A stretch of 64,000 nt of DNA from Dictyostelium discoideum (taxonomy: Eukaryota): NCBI GenBank assembly GCA_000004695.1, contig CM000154.2, positions 4,864,001 through 4,928,000 on the forward strand. The letters run 5' to 3'. A model generated the notes under the pieces. It searched no databases, was not told the DNA's origin, and saw only the letters and a list, made by a program, of their open reading frames with translations. This document shows, piece by piece, positions 45,003 to 57,909 of the stretch; position 1 is the first letter of the stretch, and each line of letters opens with the position of its first letter. Both the position numbers and the translations under genes were made by a program.

Positions 45003-48000
45003 CCTTACTAAACTTAAGTATTTATATATATATATTTAGTCATTAAAAGATTTTGAATCAGTTATATCAGATATATTTTGGTTAATTAGTATAGAGGTTG
45101 AAGGAGTTGTATCGAAATCATCACAAAAAACAAATTTAATCTCATTGATTAAAGAAAGTATCTCTCAAAGTTTAGTTGCATCTGTCATTCTAAAAGAGAA
45201 ATTAGATATTGATTTACTTGAAGAATCTGGTTTAATTAAAAGTTCAAAGAAATTTACAAATAAAATTATTAGAATAAATACAAAAGAAGTGTATGTTATT
45301 ATATAATATATAATATATAAAAATCACACACACACATTCACCTACCAACCACTAATTTTATATATTTTTATATTTTTATATTATTATATTTTTATATTTT
45401 TATATTTTTATATTTTTTTTTTTTTTTAGATATACTCAAGTTAAATTTAATTTATTTAAAGAAGAATCAGAAGGTTTTTCAAAAGTTTTATCAGAATTAA
45501 ATAAAGGATCAGAATTAAATTTGAATTCAGTCGATTCAACTATTCAAAATATTAAATCATTGATTGGTTATTTCAATTTAGATCCAAATCGTGTTTTAGA
45601 TTTAGTATTGGATTCATATGAACAAAATTATCAAAATTCTGAATGTTTTCAAAAGATTATTAAATGTTTTAAAATATCTGCAATACCCCAATTATTGGGG
45701 TTTAAATATCAATATTATCAACAACAACAACATTTACAAATTCAACATATTAAACAACAATTAGAACAACAACAACAAGCTGCTGCTGCTGCTCCAACTA
45801 CTACATCTACAACTGATTCTACAACTACTACTGCAGCAACAACGACACCAACAACAACACCAGCATCAGCATCAGCATCAGCAACATCAACAACAACAGC
45901 AGCCTCATCAACATCAACAACAACAACAATTAATCCAATTGATATTATTACACCAAAATCATTATATATGGTGACAGCAAATTTATTAAAAGAAAAATTA
46001 TTTACATTGGAATCGATTTATCCACATTTAGCACCAAATGATGAAGAGATAAAGAGTCAATTTTTAGCAAGAAAAGAAGAGCTTATTTCATCATCAAAGG
46101 GTGGTACCTTGCCAACCACAGCAGATGATGATTCATCGACTAATAAGAAACCAATGTCAACTAGTGGTACTACAACAATAAGTATTGGTAGTACATCATC
46201 GGTATCATTATCATCGAATAATATTGATTTATTAGTTCAAGAGAATCAGAAATTTAATTTATTAGTATCATTATTAGATGTGAATGATACTGATTGTACA
46301 AATCAATTATTATATCATTTGACATCAAACGGTATTGATGTTGCATCAAATTCACATGTATCCACTGCATTAATCTCAAGATTGAATCAAATTATTGAAC
46401 CGATTTATAGACCAATATCATTTGCAACTTTGAAATCATCATCCTCTGGTAATTGTGGTATTGATTTACCAACTTTTATGGCATCTTCAGAGATGATCTT
46501 CTTTTTACTCTCACATCTCGGTGTTTATTTATCACATGATATTAAATTATTTACAAAATTATGTAGAATTTTAGAAAAAGTTGTACCAAAAGTAATTTCT
46601 TTAGCAAATACCTCAACTATACAAGCACAAGCCGCTGCTCAAGCCCAAGCTCAAGCACAGGCTTCACAAACACAATCTGATTCAATGGTAGTAGATACAC
46701 CACCACCACCAACAACTACCACTATGATTCAACCAAATCAATATTCAACATTTAAATTAGAAATTGAAAATTTAATATCAAATGTATTATTACCAACTTT
46801 ATCAATGATACCAAGTAATCCATGTGCATCTAATGAAATTTGGGAAGTTATTAAGCATTTCCCATATCAAAAGAGATATCAACTTTATTATGAATGGAAA
46901 GAACAATATGGAAAGATATTATCATTGATAGTATTAAAACAAGAGGTAACTGGTGATACTAAAAAGATTCTTAGACGTTTATCAAAGGATAACTATAAAC
47001 AGTATGGTAGAGCCATTGGTAAATTAAGTTATGGTCACCCAACCATTGTTTTACAAGTGATTCTATCACAAGTAGAACAATACGATTCATTGGTAATACC
47101 ATTGGTTGAATCATTGAAATTCATTTCCAATTTGTCTGGTGATGTTTTATCATTTGGTTTATTGGAGAGGTTAACCATTAAACGTGATAAACTTAAACCT
47201 GATGGTACAAATATTTCATCATGGTTTCAAGCGTTGTCATTATTCATTGGCTCATTCTATAAGAAATATCCATCCACCGAATTGGAAGGGTTACTTCAGT
47301 ATACTGTAAATCAATTAAAAGAGAATAATTCATTGGATCTAATCATTTTGAAAGAATTGTTATTAAAAATGGGTCAAACTGAAATCGTTGAAGAACCACC
47401 TGAAGCTCAAATGGAGGCACAAGCTGGTGGTGAAGTATTAAAACAAGAAACTAATACAATCGTTATTACAACTGGTGGTGGTGGTGGTGGTAGTGGTACT
47501 CCTGGTGGTGCTCCTGGTAGTGGTGGTGGTGGTGGTGGTGCATTAAGTAATAGTAGTAGTATTGCAAATGCTCCTAGAAATACAAAGAAATCAATTAATA
47601 GATTAAAAGATACTTTAATCAATAGTAAATTAGCATTCTCATTCTTTGTTTTAATTGCAAAACAACGTTATGATATCATTCATAATACAAGTGAACAATC
47701 ACAACATATTAAATTAATTAGTGATCTCTATGATAAATGTCAAGAAACTTTAATTCAGTATACTGAATTCCTTACAAATCATGCAACATCTGAAAAGTAT
47801 TCAGAATTCTTTAAAGAGGATTTCAATACATTAATCACAACCTATTGCCTAGAGCCAGAAGCTGCTTTTCATATTTATAGACCAATATTTTCAAATGGTG
47901 CTGCCAATAATAGACAATTAATTGTAAATAACTGTAAACAAATTTATCCTGATGAAGTTTGGAAATCAATGAATCCTGAACTATATTCTGTATTTTGGTC

Positions 48001-50885
48001 ATATTCATTATATGACATTTATGTACCAAAAGCATTATATGAAAGTGAAATTGCAAAATTAAAGAATCAAATTACAACAATTGATTATGGTTTAGTTGGT
48101 ACTACTACTACTACCACTGCTACTGCTAGTGGTAGTGGTGGAGGTAATTCTAAAGATATTAATAAAAAGAAAAAAGATAAAGAAAGAATTCAATCAACAA
48201 TTGAAAAACTTCAAAAAGAATTGGCAATTCAAACTTTAAATCATCAAAAAGTTTTAGAACATATTCAATCATTAAAAGATAAATTCTTTGAATTTTCATT
48301 AAATTCACCTGTAAATCAAACAATTAATTCAACAACAACAACAACAACAACTTCAACAACAACTTCAACAACAACAACAACAACAACCCCTACAACAAAA
48401 GATATGTTACAAAATGGTAAAAAAGAAGGTATTATTAAATTTTTACAATATTGTATATTTCCAAGAGCAACATTTACACCAGCAGATGCAATTTATTCAG
48501 CTAAATTTGTTCAAATTTTACATAGTATTAGTACACCAAATTTCTCAACATTAAATTATTTATTAGATCTTTGTCAATCGATTACTTTTATGATTTATTC
48601 AAGTACAGAGAATGAAGCAAATAGATTTGGTAGATTTTTAAATGAATCATTAAGTATCCTAACCAAATGGAAATCATCAGAATCACTATACGATAAGGAA
48701 TGTGCAAAACTTTTAAAAACTTTAGCATTAAGTTATGATAATTTCGTTAGATTCTTTCATCGTTGTCATAAAACAATCTCTGAATCATTTTCAAATTGTT
48801 TAGAGAATGATGAATATATGGTCATTAGAAATGCGCTATTGGCATTAACTAAATTGGTTCATGTTTTCCCAGCTCATAAATCTTCTTATGAAAATATTGA
48901 AAATTTAGTATTAAAGTTAAAGAAAAGAGATGAATTGAAAACATTGGCAATTCGTTATCATTCATTATTAGAAAAAGAAAAACCAAGAATGATTGATGAT
49001 ATCATTAAACCAACAAAACCAAAAGCTAATCTAAAAGATTCAAAATCGCCAACTACAACTTCTTCAACTCAAACTACAACAACAACTTCTTCAAAAGATA
49101 GTGGCACTACTACTACAACTTCTTCATCAACTCCAACTACAACTTCTTCATCAAATAGAGATTCAATTAAAGATGCTGATATGATTGATATTAATGATGA
49201 AAATAATAATAATAATAACAAATCAAAAGAAAAAGAAAAGGAAAGAGAACGTGAAAAAGAAAGAGAAAAAGAAAAGGAAAGAGAAAAGGAAAGAGAAAGA
49301 GAACGTGAAAAAGAAAGAGAAAAAGAAAAAGAAAAGGAAAGAGAACGTGAAAGAGAGAGAGAACGTGAGAGAGAAAAAGAAAGAGATAGAGAACGTGAAA
49401 AAGAACGTGAACGTGAAAGAGAACGTGAACGTGAGAGAGAACGTGAACGTGAAAGAGAAAAAGAAAAAGAAAAAGAAAAGGAAAGAGAACGTGAACGTGA
49501 GAGAGAAAGAGAACGTGAGCGTGAACGTGAAAGAGAGCGTGAACGTGAACGTGAAAAAGAAAAAGAAAGAGATAGAGAACAACGTGAAAAAGAAAGAGAA
49601 AGAGAACAACGTGAAAAAGAAAGAGATAGAAGTGATCGTAATTCCGATAAAAATAATAATAATGATGGTGGTGGTAGTGGTAGTTCAAGAAGTGATAAAT
49701 CCTCTTCAAAAGATAGTGGTAGTAAAAAAGATCAACAAACTCCACGTAAAGAAATTGAAAAATCAGAATCAAGAGAGAATATTCGTGATTCACGTTCAAA
49801 TGATAACAATCAATCATTATCATCCTCTCGTGAAATTAGAGAAAGAGATAAAGAATTAAAAGAAAAAGAGCAACGTGAAAAGGAACAACGTGATAAAGAT
49901 CGTGAAAATAGGGAAAGAGATAATAGAGATGTTAGAGATTCACGTAATGATCAAAGAGGTAATCAAGAAAGAGATGGTGGTGAACCTCAACAACGTAGAC
50001 AACAACAACAACAGCAACAAGAAAGAGATAGAAACGATATTAGGAATCAAGATAATAACAATAATGACTCTCAACAACAACAACAACAACAACAACGTAG
50101 ACAACAAGACAATGATAGAAGAGATAGAGGTAATCAAGATAATATAAATAATAGAGATAATAATAGCAACAATAGAAATGATAATAGAGAAAGACAACCT
50201 AATCAAGATAATAGAGATAACAACAATAATAATAGTAATAGAAATGAAAGAAATGATAGAAATGATAGTAGTAGAGAAAGACAGGATAATAGAAATGAAA
50301 GAAATGATAGTAGAGAAAGACAAGACACTAGAGATAATCGTAAAGATCAACAAAGAGATAATGATAAATCAAATCAAGTGCAAAGGAATCGTGATTCTCA
50401 ACCATCGTCACGTAATTCTTCACCACCCCATAACCAACCACAACAACATCAATCACAGCAACAACAACCACAACAACTTTCTCCACCAATTCCACAAACC
50501 GATGAAGAGAAATTTAAAAATGCAAAGAAAAAGAGAGAAGAGAAATTTGAAAGTAAACAAAAAAATAATAATGAAATCGATCAAGAATCACCTCCAAATA
50601 ATAATAATAATAGTAATCAATCATCAAATTCAAATCCATCTTCAAATCAAAGTAGTAGATCAAATAGTAAGGATAGAAGTGGTGGTCAACAAACTCCTCG
50701 TGATAATCAAGAAAGACAAAGTGGTGAAAATAATAATAATAACAACAATAATAATAATAACACTAGAGATGACCATGATAATAAAGATAAATTAAAAGAA
50801 ATGAGAGATAATATTCGTAAAAAACAAGAAAGTAATAATAATCAAAATAATAATCAAAATAATAATAATAATAATAATAATAATC

Positions 50886-50942
<57 letters not shown>

Positions 50943-51295
50943 CACCACAAGAAAATAGAGAGGATAAAAAGAGAGATAGAGAAAAAGAAGAAGAAAAGGA
51001 AGATCAAAAGAAAAGAAAAACTCAAATTAATCGTAATAGAGTTGGACCATCACCACCTCCACAAAATCTTCACCCTTACCAACCTCCTCAACATCTTCAA
51101 CATCCTCAACATCCTCAACATCCTCATCATCCTATGTCACACCACCATAATCAACACCACAACCAACAACAACAGCAACAACAACAACATCATGGAGGAT
51201 TTAGAGGTGGTAGAAATGACAGAAATGATAGAGATGTTAGAGATGTTAGAGATGAAAGAGATAACAGGAATGATAGATATAATAGAAGAAATTAA
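44746..51295 (+). CDS. thoc2: THO complex subunit 2 (THOC2/Tho2) orthologue with a very long Arg/Glu/Asp/Lys/Asn-rich C-terminal tail. Exons 44746..~44970 (3' boundary unresolved), 45040..45290, 45430..51295.
   Basis: ATG 44746. N-terminal exons align from memory to metazoan THOC2: YDPVNSYIKGSI ~ YELSYHVIKGNL; ISDIFWLISIE ~ ILADVFCILDIE; LLEESGLIKSSKKF ~ LESLGLIKQSQQF; YTQVKFNLFKEESEGFSKVL ~ [44 protein letters not shown] ~ [25 protein letters not shown]. Donor GTATGT at 45291 (phase 2), acceptor tttttttag ending 45429. C-terminal third encoded by nucleotide-level tandem repeats (GAAAGAGAACGTGAAAAA...) giving (KE/RE/RD)n. Confidence 0.8.
49227..49625 (+). repeat. Coding tandem repeat array in thoc2 (units of GAAAGAGAACGTGAAAAA / GAAAAAGAAAAG) encoding (RE/KE/RD)n
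   Basis: Near-perfect nucleotide-level repeats of gaaagagaacgtgaa / aaagaaaaagaaaag over ~400 bp, followed by a degenerate R/D/N/Q-rich low-complexity coding region to ~51290. Confidence 0.85.
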
Positions 51296-51457
51296 ATTAA
51301 AACCACAAACAAATTAAAATTAATAAAATTTTCTATTTTTTAGATTTATTCGAAATTAATTCCAACTTTTTTCCTATTTTTTTTTTTTTTTTTTTCTTTC
51401 TTTTTTTTTTTCCTTTCTTTTTTTTTTTTTTTTTTTTCAAAAAATTATTTTATTAAA

Positions 51458-53902
51458 ATGAAACAAACAAAAAAAGTGGTGGTTGAACCAAAACCATATA
51501 TTAAGGGTGAATTTAAAAATAGATGTTTTGCAAAAGATTTAACTATTACATTTTCAATGGGTGCATTACAAAAGATTAGAAAAATGGATTCAATTGAAAG
51601 GTATGAAACAGTTATGAAGAGTAAAGATTATCAACAATTCAATTCATTTGAATACTTTCAAATGAAAGTTAGTACTTTAATTGCAATTCCATCAAACTAT
51701 TCATTCATTTACCCAATTGGTGAGTTTAATTTCAATGAAAATAAAAATCAATATGAATTTAAACCAATTGAATTCCTAAAAGCAATTGAATTGGTTAAAA
51801 GGGATAGAAGTGGTTTAATCTCTTTTACTTTTTTAAAATCAGTGATTAATAATGGTCCTGAATTTGAATATATAAAAACAAAACCACCATCTAAAAATTA
51901 TTATCAACATGGGCCTTACTATTTAAATAAATCAAACTTGAATGAATGGGAAACAACTTGTGCAAAGTTTGATCAAGAAAATGGTTTAATCTATAAAATG
52001 ATCACAAATAAAAGGTCATCACCATTTTATTCAACTTTAAAAATATTAGTTCATAGAGAAATTAAATTTGGTTTATCAAGTAGTTCGCATACATCACACA
52101 CCTATCCCATTGATAATAATCAACCATATTACCATATTTTAGAAAAAGAAACTGGTTTAAAAACTTTATCAGATGAAAATAATCAAAATAATCAAAATAA
52201 TCAAAATGATGAAAATAATCAAAATGATCAAAATAATGAAAATGATCAAAATGATCAAAATGATGATAATAATAAAGGTTGGGTAGTTAAAAATGAATTT
52301 CCATTTGGATTTTTTTTATTACCAAATCTTAAAGAAATTTGTTTTTCAGTTTTAAAAGAAATGTTTTTAATTAGTAATAAATCAGTTATTGATAAATTAT
52401 TTTCATCAATTAAATCGATAGTACCAATTAGTTTATTACAAGAATTTGTAGTTGATTGTTTTAATGATGAGAAACCAGTTGGTAATGAAATTATTTTTAA
52501 AATTTATTCAAAATCTTTATGTGAAAATTATGATTCAATTCTTTCAAATATTAATTTCCCATTAAATGATTTATTATCAAGTTGTATTAAAAGAGATTCT
52601 TGGTTTAGATATAACTATGATATGTGTATTGCACAAGATTTATTTTATCCACCTTATAAAGAAAATTTTGCAATTAATGTTTATGAAAATTTAAATTTAT
52701 TTAAATTTAAATCGATTCCGATTGAAAATAGAAAAAATATTTTATTTGAAAAAACTGGTGGTTTGGATGATTTTAACTCTTTGATTACTGGTGATCAGTC
52801 GATTGTTGACAAGTCAATGTTTATTTCAAATTTTAATAGACTTACAAATAATAGATTTAATAAAACTTTTGATGATGGTGAGAGTGGTTTTGAAAAATTA
52901 AAGAAATTAGATTGTATTTTCATTGGTGGTATTATTACAAATTGTTTAATTCAAAATGAAAATAATGATGATGGTAAGGATGTATGTGAAGGATTCGAGA
53001 AATCAGATATTGATATTTGTTTTTTCAATACATCCAACGATTTTTACGCTCAAGTTGCTCGTTTTATTGATCAGTTCTTTAAAGGTGTTGATAGGTATGA
53101 TAGTGAGGCATCAAATAATTGTAGTATTGTTTTTCAGGGAAATCATGTTACCATTTGTCAACATTATCCAAATCGTCATATTCAATTAAATCTTTATTCA
53201 CATTTATCAATTGAGGATGTTTTAATTGGTGTCGATATTGATGCAACTTGTTTTGCATTTGATGGTATTGATATATGGTGTTTAGAAAGAGCGTTGCATT
53301 CAATCAATTATCGTATTAATATCGCATCAGAGCATTCATTTTTAATTAGAGGAGATGTTAATTATCAATATAGACTACTCAAATATTTAAAACGTGGATT
53401 TGATATTTATTATTTATCAACTCCACAAATTGATAAAATTATTAATCAAGCAAACTTTGGCAATCAATCTAAATCAAATTCACCACCAACTAAAGATTTC
53501 ACCCCATCATTAAGACATGTTGGATTTTCATTATTATTATCATTAAGAATGGATTCAACACTTTACACTCCATTTTTTAAAACCAAAGAAAGATCTGAAA
53601 CTATTTTACCCTATGGTCCAAATTTTGATGATAAATATTTTAAAAGATGGGTAGGTCATAATTTCAATAAACACTACGATGGCTATAATAGTAATGATAT
53701 TCTTCAACTACTAGAAACTCCTATTTCAGATATGGATATGGGCCATAGAGATTCAATATCTTATAATCATGAATGGATCAACTCATTAAATGATAGATCA
53801 TCTAATTACATATACAATGAAGATTATTATTATAATTTTGAAGTAGATGATGAAGAAGAAGACGGTGGTGAACCTAATTACCCCGAATATAATGATTCAT
53901 AA
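51458..53902 (+). CDS. Orphan protein (814 aa), single exon. The C-terminal region has a Pol-beta-superfamily nucleotidyltransferase-like motif set (OAS/cGAS/Mab-21-like); N-terminal two-thirds are unassigned.
   Basis: ATG 51458-51460. Continuous 2445-nt ORF with typical Dictyostelium codon bias and a (CAAAAT/GAT)n Asn/Gln/Asp tract. Motifs: IGGIITNCLIQNENNDDGKDVCEGFEKSDIDICFFNTS (hGG...[S]DhDh, with an N/D-rich insert) and LIGVDIDATCFAFDGI (third acidic residue in an h[DE]h.PAF-like context, compare OAS1 GVEFDVLPAFDAL). Confidence 0.65.
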   Translation: MKQTKKVVVEPKPYIKGEFKNRCFAKDLTITFSMGALQKIRKMDSIERYETVMKSKDYQQFNSFEYFQMKVSTLIAIPSNYSFIYPIGEFNFNENKNQYEFKPIEFLKAIELVKRDRSGLISFTFLKSVINNGPEFEYIKTKPPSKNYYQHGPYYLNKSNLNEWETTCAKFDQENGLIYKMITNKRSSPFYSTLKILVHREIKFGLSSSSHTSHTYPIDNNQPYYHILEKETGLKTLSDENNQNNQNNQNDENNQNDQNNENDQNDQNDDNNKGWVVKNEFPFGFFLLPNLKEICFSVLKEMFLISNKSVIDKLFSSIKSIVPISLLQEFVVDCFNDEKPVGNEIIFKIYSKSLCENYDSILSNINFPLNDLLSSCIKRDSWFRYNYDMCIAQDLFYPPYKENFAINVYENLNLFKFKSIPIENRKNILFEKTGGLDDFNSLITGDQSIVDKSMFISNFNRLTNNRFNKTFDDGESGFEKLKKLDCIFIGGIITNCLIQNENNDDGKDVCEGFEKSDIDICFFNTSNDFYAQVARFIDQFFKGVDRYDSEASNNCSIVFQGNHVTICQHYPNRHIQLNLYSHLSIEDVLIGVDIDATCFAFDGIDIWCLERALHSINYRINIASEHSFLIRGDVNYQYRLLKYLKRGFDIYYLSTPQIDKIINQANFGNQSKSNSPPTKDFTPSLRHVGFSLLLSLRMDSTLYTPFFKTKERSETILPYGPNFDDKYFKRWVGHNFNKHYDGYNSNDILQLLETPISDMDMGHRDSISYNHEWINSLNDRSSNYIYNEDYYYNFEVDDEEEDGGEPNYPEYNDS

Positions 53903-54029
53903 GTAAGAAATCAATAGTAATCTTTATATGTATGTGAAGTAAAAATATAAATAAAGGCATTAGGTTTTTTAATTTACTTTGTAGTTTTTTTATTTTTATT
54001 TTTATTTATATTTATATTTATTTATTGTT

Positions 54030-57000
54030 TTAATTTAATTGTTTTAATTTGCTTTGTATTTGTTCTTTAAACTTTTTGGAATTTTTATTTTTGATAAAAA
54101 TGTATACAACCGAGATAACAATAATTGCCACAAAACACACTGAACCAATTACAATTCCTGCGATTTTACTGGCTGATAATCCATTTGATTTCGAACAAAT
54201 TGAATTCTCTCCTGATGCTGATTCGCTATCTAATAAAACAAAGAAATCTGGATCAATAATTACTTTATTTTTAAAATGTGGAATTTTAATTCCAATAAAA
54301 GTTTGAGTAGAGTGAGATGTTGATTCAGCAATTGTATTTTGGAATTCATCTAACAATGTATTTTCAATACCAACAATATTACCATCTACTACAGCCCTTT
54401 TAATGAATCTACCATACATTGAATGATCTTGAACTTGAAGTTTAATGTAGTTAGAGTTGTCACCATTTGTAGTATCACCAAATTGTTTTAATGAACAAAA
54501 ATCATCACTTTCATCTGTTGATAATATCGAAGCAAACATTACCAATTCGAGATTATTTAAAGCTGAAGAGAATACATAATTTTCAATTTCAATGGTAAAT
54601 TTGACTGATGATGGATTCATTTGGAGCTCTTGACCTGCAAATGTTATATTTTTGCTTGAATTAAACCATTGAATAATTGTTGTTATATTTGTGGTTTTAA
54701 TATCGTTACCATTTTGAGAAACTATTGATGTATTGTATCTACCAGTTGTTAAATCTATATCTTCAAATACCCATTTATCAAAAGGGAATGTTTTAATAAC
54801 TTCACCTTTAAAATCTAATTCTCTAATAGAAACTAAAGTTACTAATGATTTAAATAAAAATTCTGTTGAGTTTGTTTCTTGTCCACCACCACCGCCTGTA
54901 ATAGGAATTTCAACTGTTGGTTGTGAAGTATTTGTTTGTGGTGTTGGGATAATAATAATTTTTGAAGTACAATCAACTCCGTACCAAGGAGAGTAACAAA
55001 TGCATCCAAACCCACTTTGACAATAACCTTTGTTTTTTCCTCCACATTCTGGATTTCCTAAACATTTTTGAGGTGGATTTGTTGGTAATGGTGATATAGT
55101 TGGTTGTAAAGTTGGTTGTAAAGTTGGTTCTGGTGTATATGTTGGACCAGAATAATTAAAATTATAAACTATTGGATTAATTAAAAATTCATTTGATTTA
55201 ATGTTAATTTGATTGGAATCAAGTAATAATAATTTAAAAGGAATATCGATTAATGGTACCTCTGTTAATTTAATGAAACTTGAATAGGTTTTAGTTATTG
55301 TTTTTAAATTTATGTCACTACCATTCGAAATATAAATAATCGCTGTATCAACTGTACGAAAGTTTTTACCAAAAATAAATAGAGTTGAATCTTTGTTTGT
55401 AAATTCTGAAACTGATGTTATTATTGGTATATTAAATGAAAAATCTGTAGAAACAAACCAATCTTGTTGTAATGGATTTAAATCCTTAATGTCTTTTGAA
55501 GAGAATCCACTATAGGTTCCTCTATTATTAATAAAGCCATAAACAGATACTAAGAAACCATCAGGATATCCAAAACCTACTGGTACTTCTATTGTACACG
55601 AAAAGGTTATTGTAGTTGAATTAGTAATTGTTGGTGTTGCTCGGCATTGTTCCATTGCAAGTCGTTGTGGAACTAAATAAACTATTGGATTCTGTCCTTG
55701 TTTAAAACCGCTTTCTAAATCTTGTGCTTGAAAAGTGAATGTTATTGATCTATCTAAAGAGCCTACATCCATTGAAGATCTCGAGGTTTTAAAGGAAATT
55801 AAATTTGGAGGAGAACTATCCAATTCACCAGTACAATAATAATTAATACTAAAGGGTGATGAATCATTAATGAAATGAATAAATGGATTACGAGTTGACT
55901 CAAACGATTGAGTGTTTTCATAATACTCTAAAGTGAAATATTTAACATATGTATTATTGTTACCATATGTATCGAATAAACTTGCTTGAGTTATTAAATA
56001 ATCTTGAGTGATACAATTACTACTCCCAATACCAAACTCCAATGGTATTATAATTTTGTAATCACCAATAATTTTATCACCACTTCCTTCTATTAAATTT
56101 GACATGTTTATTGTAATGTTGTAGAATGAAGAATCTAAAAGTCCTTTAACAATTAAAAAGCCATCTCTGAAACCGTTTATTTCATCTTGAATTGTAAATA
56201 ACCATCCATTATGTTGTTTTATGATTTTGGTTACAATTGGTCCATAAATATCAACCTTAATTGAAGTTGCTCTTAATTGATATTCATTGGATAAATAATT
56301 ACTATCAATTAAGTTTGTATTATCAAGTACCAATGCATAACTTATATTTCCTGGTAGTGTATTTGCAGGTACTTTAAAGTTTACTCTAAATCTATTGGTT
56401 GTTTGGTCCCATACTGCAAATTTATAATTTGGATTTAAAATAGTAAATATACTATTTTCAAATCTAATATCGTTTAAAGATTTTTCATCAGTTAAATAAA
56501 AACCAATTGACAAGTCTTTATAGTCTTCAATATTATTAAATGTAAAAAACATTATATTATCAACTGATTGGTCAGTTATATCAATGTCATTATATAAAAA
56601 TGATACCTGAACTAAATCATTTAAATAATTATAATCTATTAAAATAATATTAAAAAAATTATTAGTAATGAATTATAGTAGTTTTAAAAGTGTATTATTA
56701 ATACAATTTTCTTACTTTTTAAATTAATACTTGGATATGTAAGTTTTGAAATGTTATTACCAATCTGGTAGAGATAATCACCAAATCCATATGTAACTGG
56801 GTAATCTAGGTTGCCTTCTATTTTTATTGAATTTTCGGTGATAGCATTGCTTATTTCAACAAGCTCAAATTTTATTTCTGTAAGATACTCCCAAATACCA
56901 TCAGAAGCGGTACCAGAAACAAGCATACCATTATCATGAACAGTATTCTTTGAGTTCATAATTTTTAAATACGAAACTGAAGATAAATTTGGTGAGCCGA

Positions 57001-57873
57001 TACTTTTAATTTCAATTCTGTTTAAAAACTTTAGATTTCCGATATAACTAGATGTAAAAGATTGGATTTCAAATCTTCCAACATCGGAATTAGGTAATGT
57101 AATAAATGGTTCGAAATCTCCCCTCATTTTAGTAATACATCTAGGCATACATATAGTAAGAATATTCAAAGGTGAAATGGATATTAAATTAATTGGTAAA
57201 GAGAATCCAAATTTGACCATTTCATTATTTCCTCCAATAAAGCCAAATGGAAAATCGGTAATAGTAAATGTTTGTTTATATTCTAATTGAAATGGATTAA
57301 AATCAAATTTAAATTCTGTTCCATTATACTCAGATGTAACCATTGCCATACCAACAGTTGAATTATCTTTGATAGAAGTTAACTTTGAGTTTGGTGTTTG
57401 TAATCTTGGGCTTTCTATTTTTTTAATTTGAAATATTTATATATATATATCAATTTTAATATTAATATATTTCAATTTTTTTTTTAAATATTTTAAGATT
57501 AAAAAATTAAATCAAATTTACCTGTTATATTAACAAAAAAATTGGAATATTCTTTAAATGATGGTTGTGTTTCATTTTGTCCATACAATGAAAAGTTCAT
57601 ACCATTAGCCATAATTGGTAAACAAGTTGCAATAAATGTTAAATTATTTGGTTTACCTAAAATTGGTCTTGGTGTTGAATAATATCCTAAAGTACCCAAT
57701 CTATACACCGGATTTAGAAGATTTGATTTGATTCTAAATGATAAAAGTGAACCAAATACATTTGAATATAAAACAAAATTTCCTGAAGGTGGATAAAGTT
57801 TTAAATCATAAATTTCATTCGTTACAATATTTCCTCCTTTTAAATTAAAATTAAAAATTATTATTATTATTAT

Positions 57874-57909
<36 letters not shown>

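Noticed and set aside
44971-45039. Read-through of the T32 run in thoc2 exon 1 giving [24 protein letters not shown]
   Set aside because: The poly-Phe has no counterpart in THOC2 alignments and ends in an in-frame TAG. Treated as intronic or erroneous sequence (see finding).
49185-49859. Long K/E/V-rich plus-strand ORF and its antisense H/F/L/Y-rich ORFs (49191..49823, 49223..49609)
   Set aside because: These are alternative-frame or opposite-strand readings of the GAAAGAGAACGTGAA tandem repeat inside the thoc2 coding exon.
54049-55045. Short plus-strand ORFs inside the glycoprotein genes (54049..54306, 54733..54996, 54842..55045 and their copy-B counterparts)
   Set aside because: Embedded in, and out of frame with or antisense to, the 2.5-kb minus-strand coding exon. 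Duplicated only because the whole unit is duplicated.
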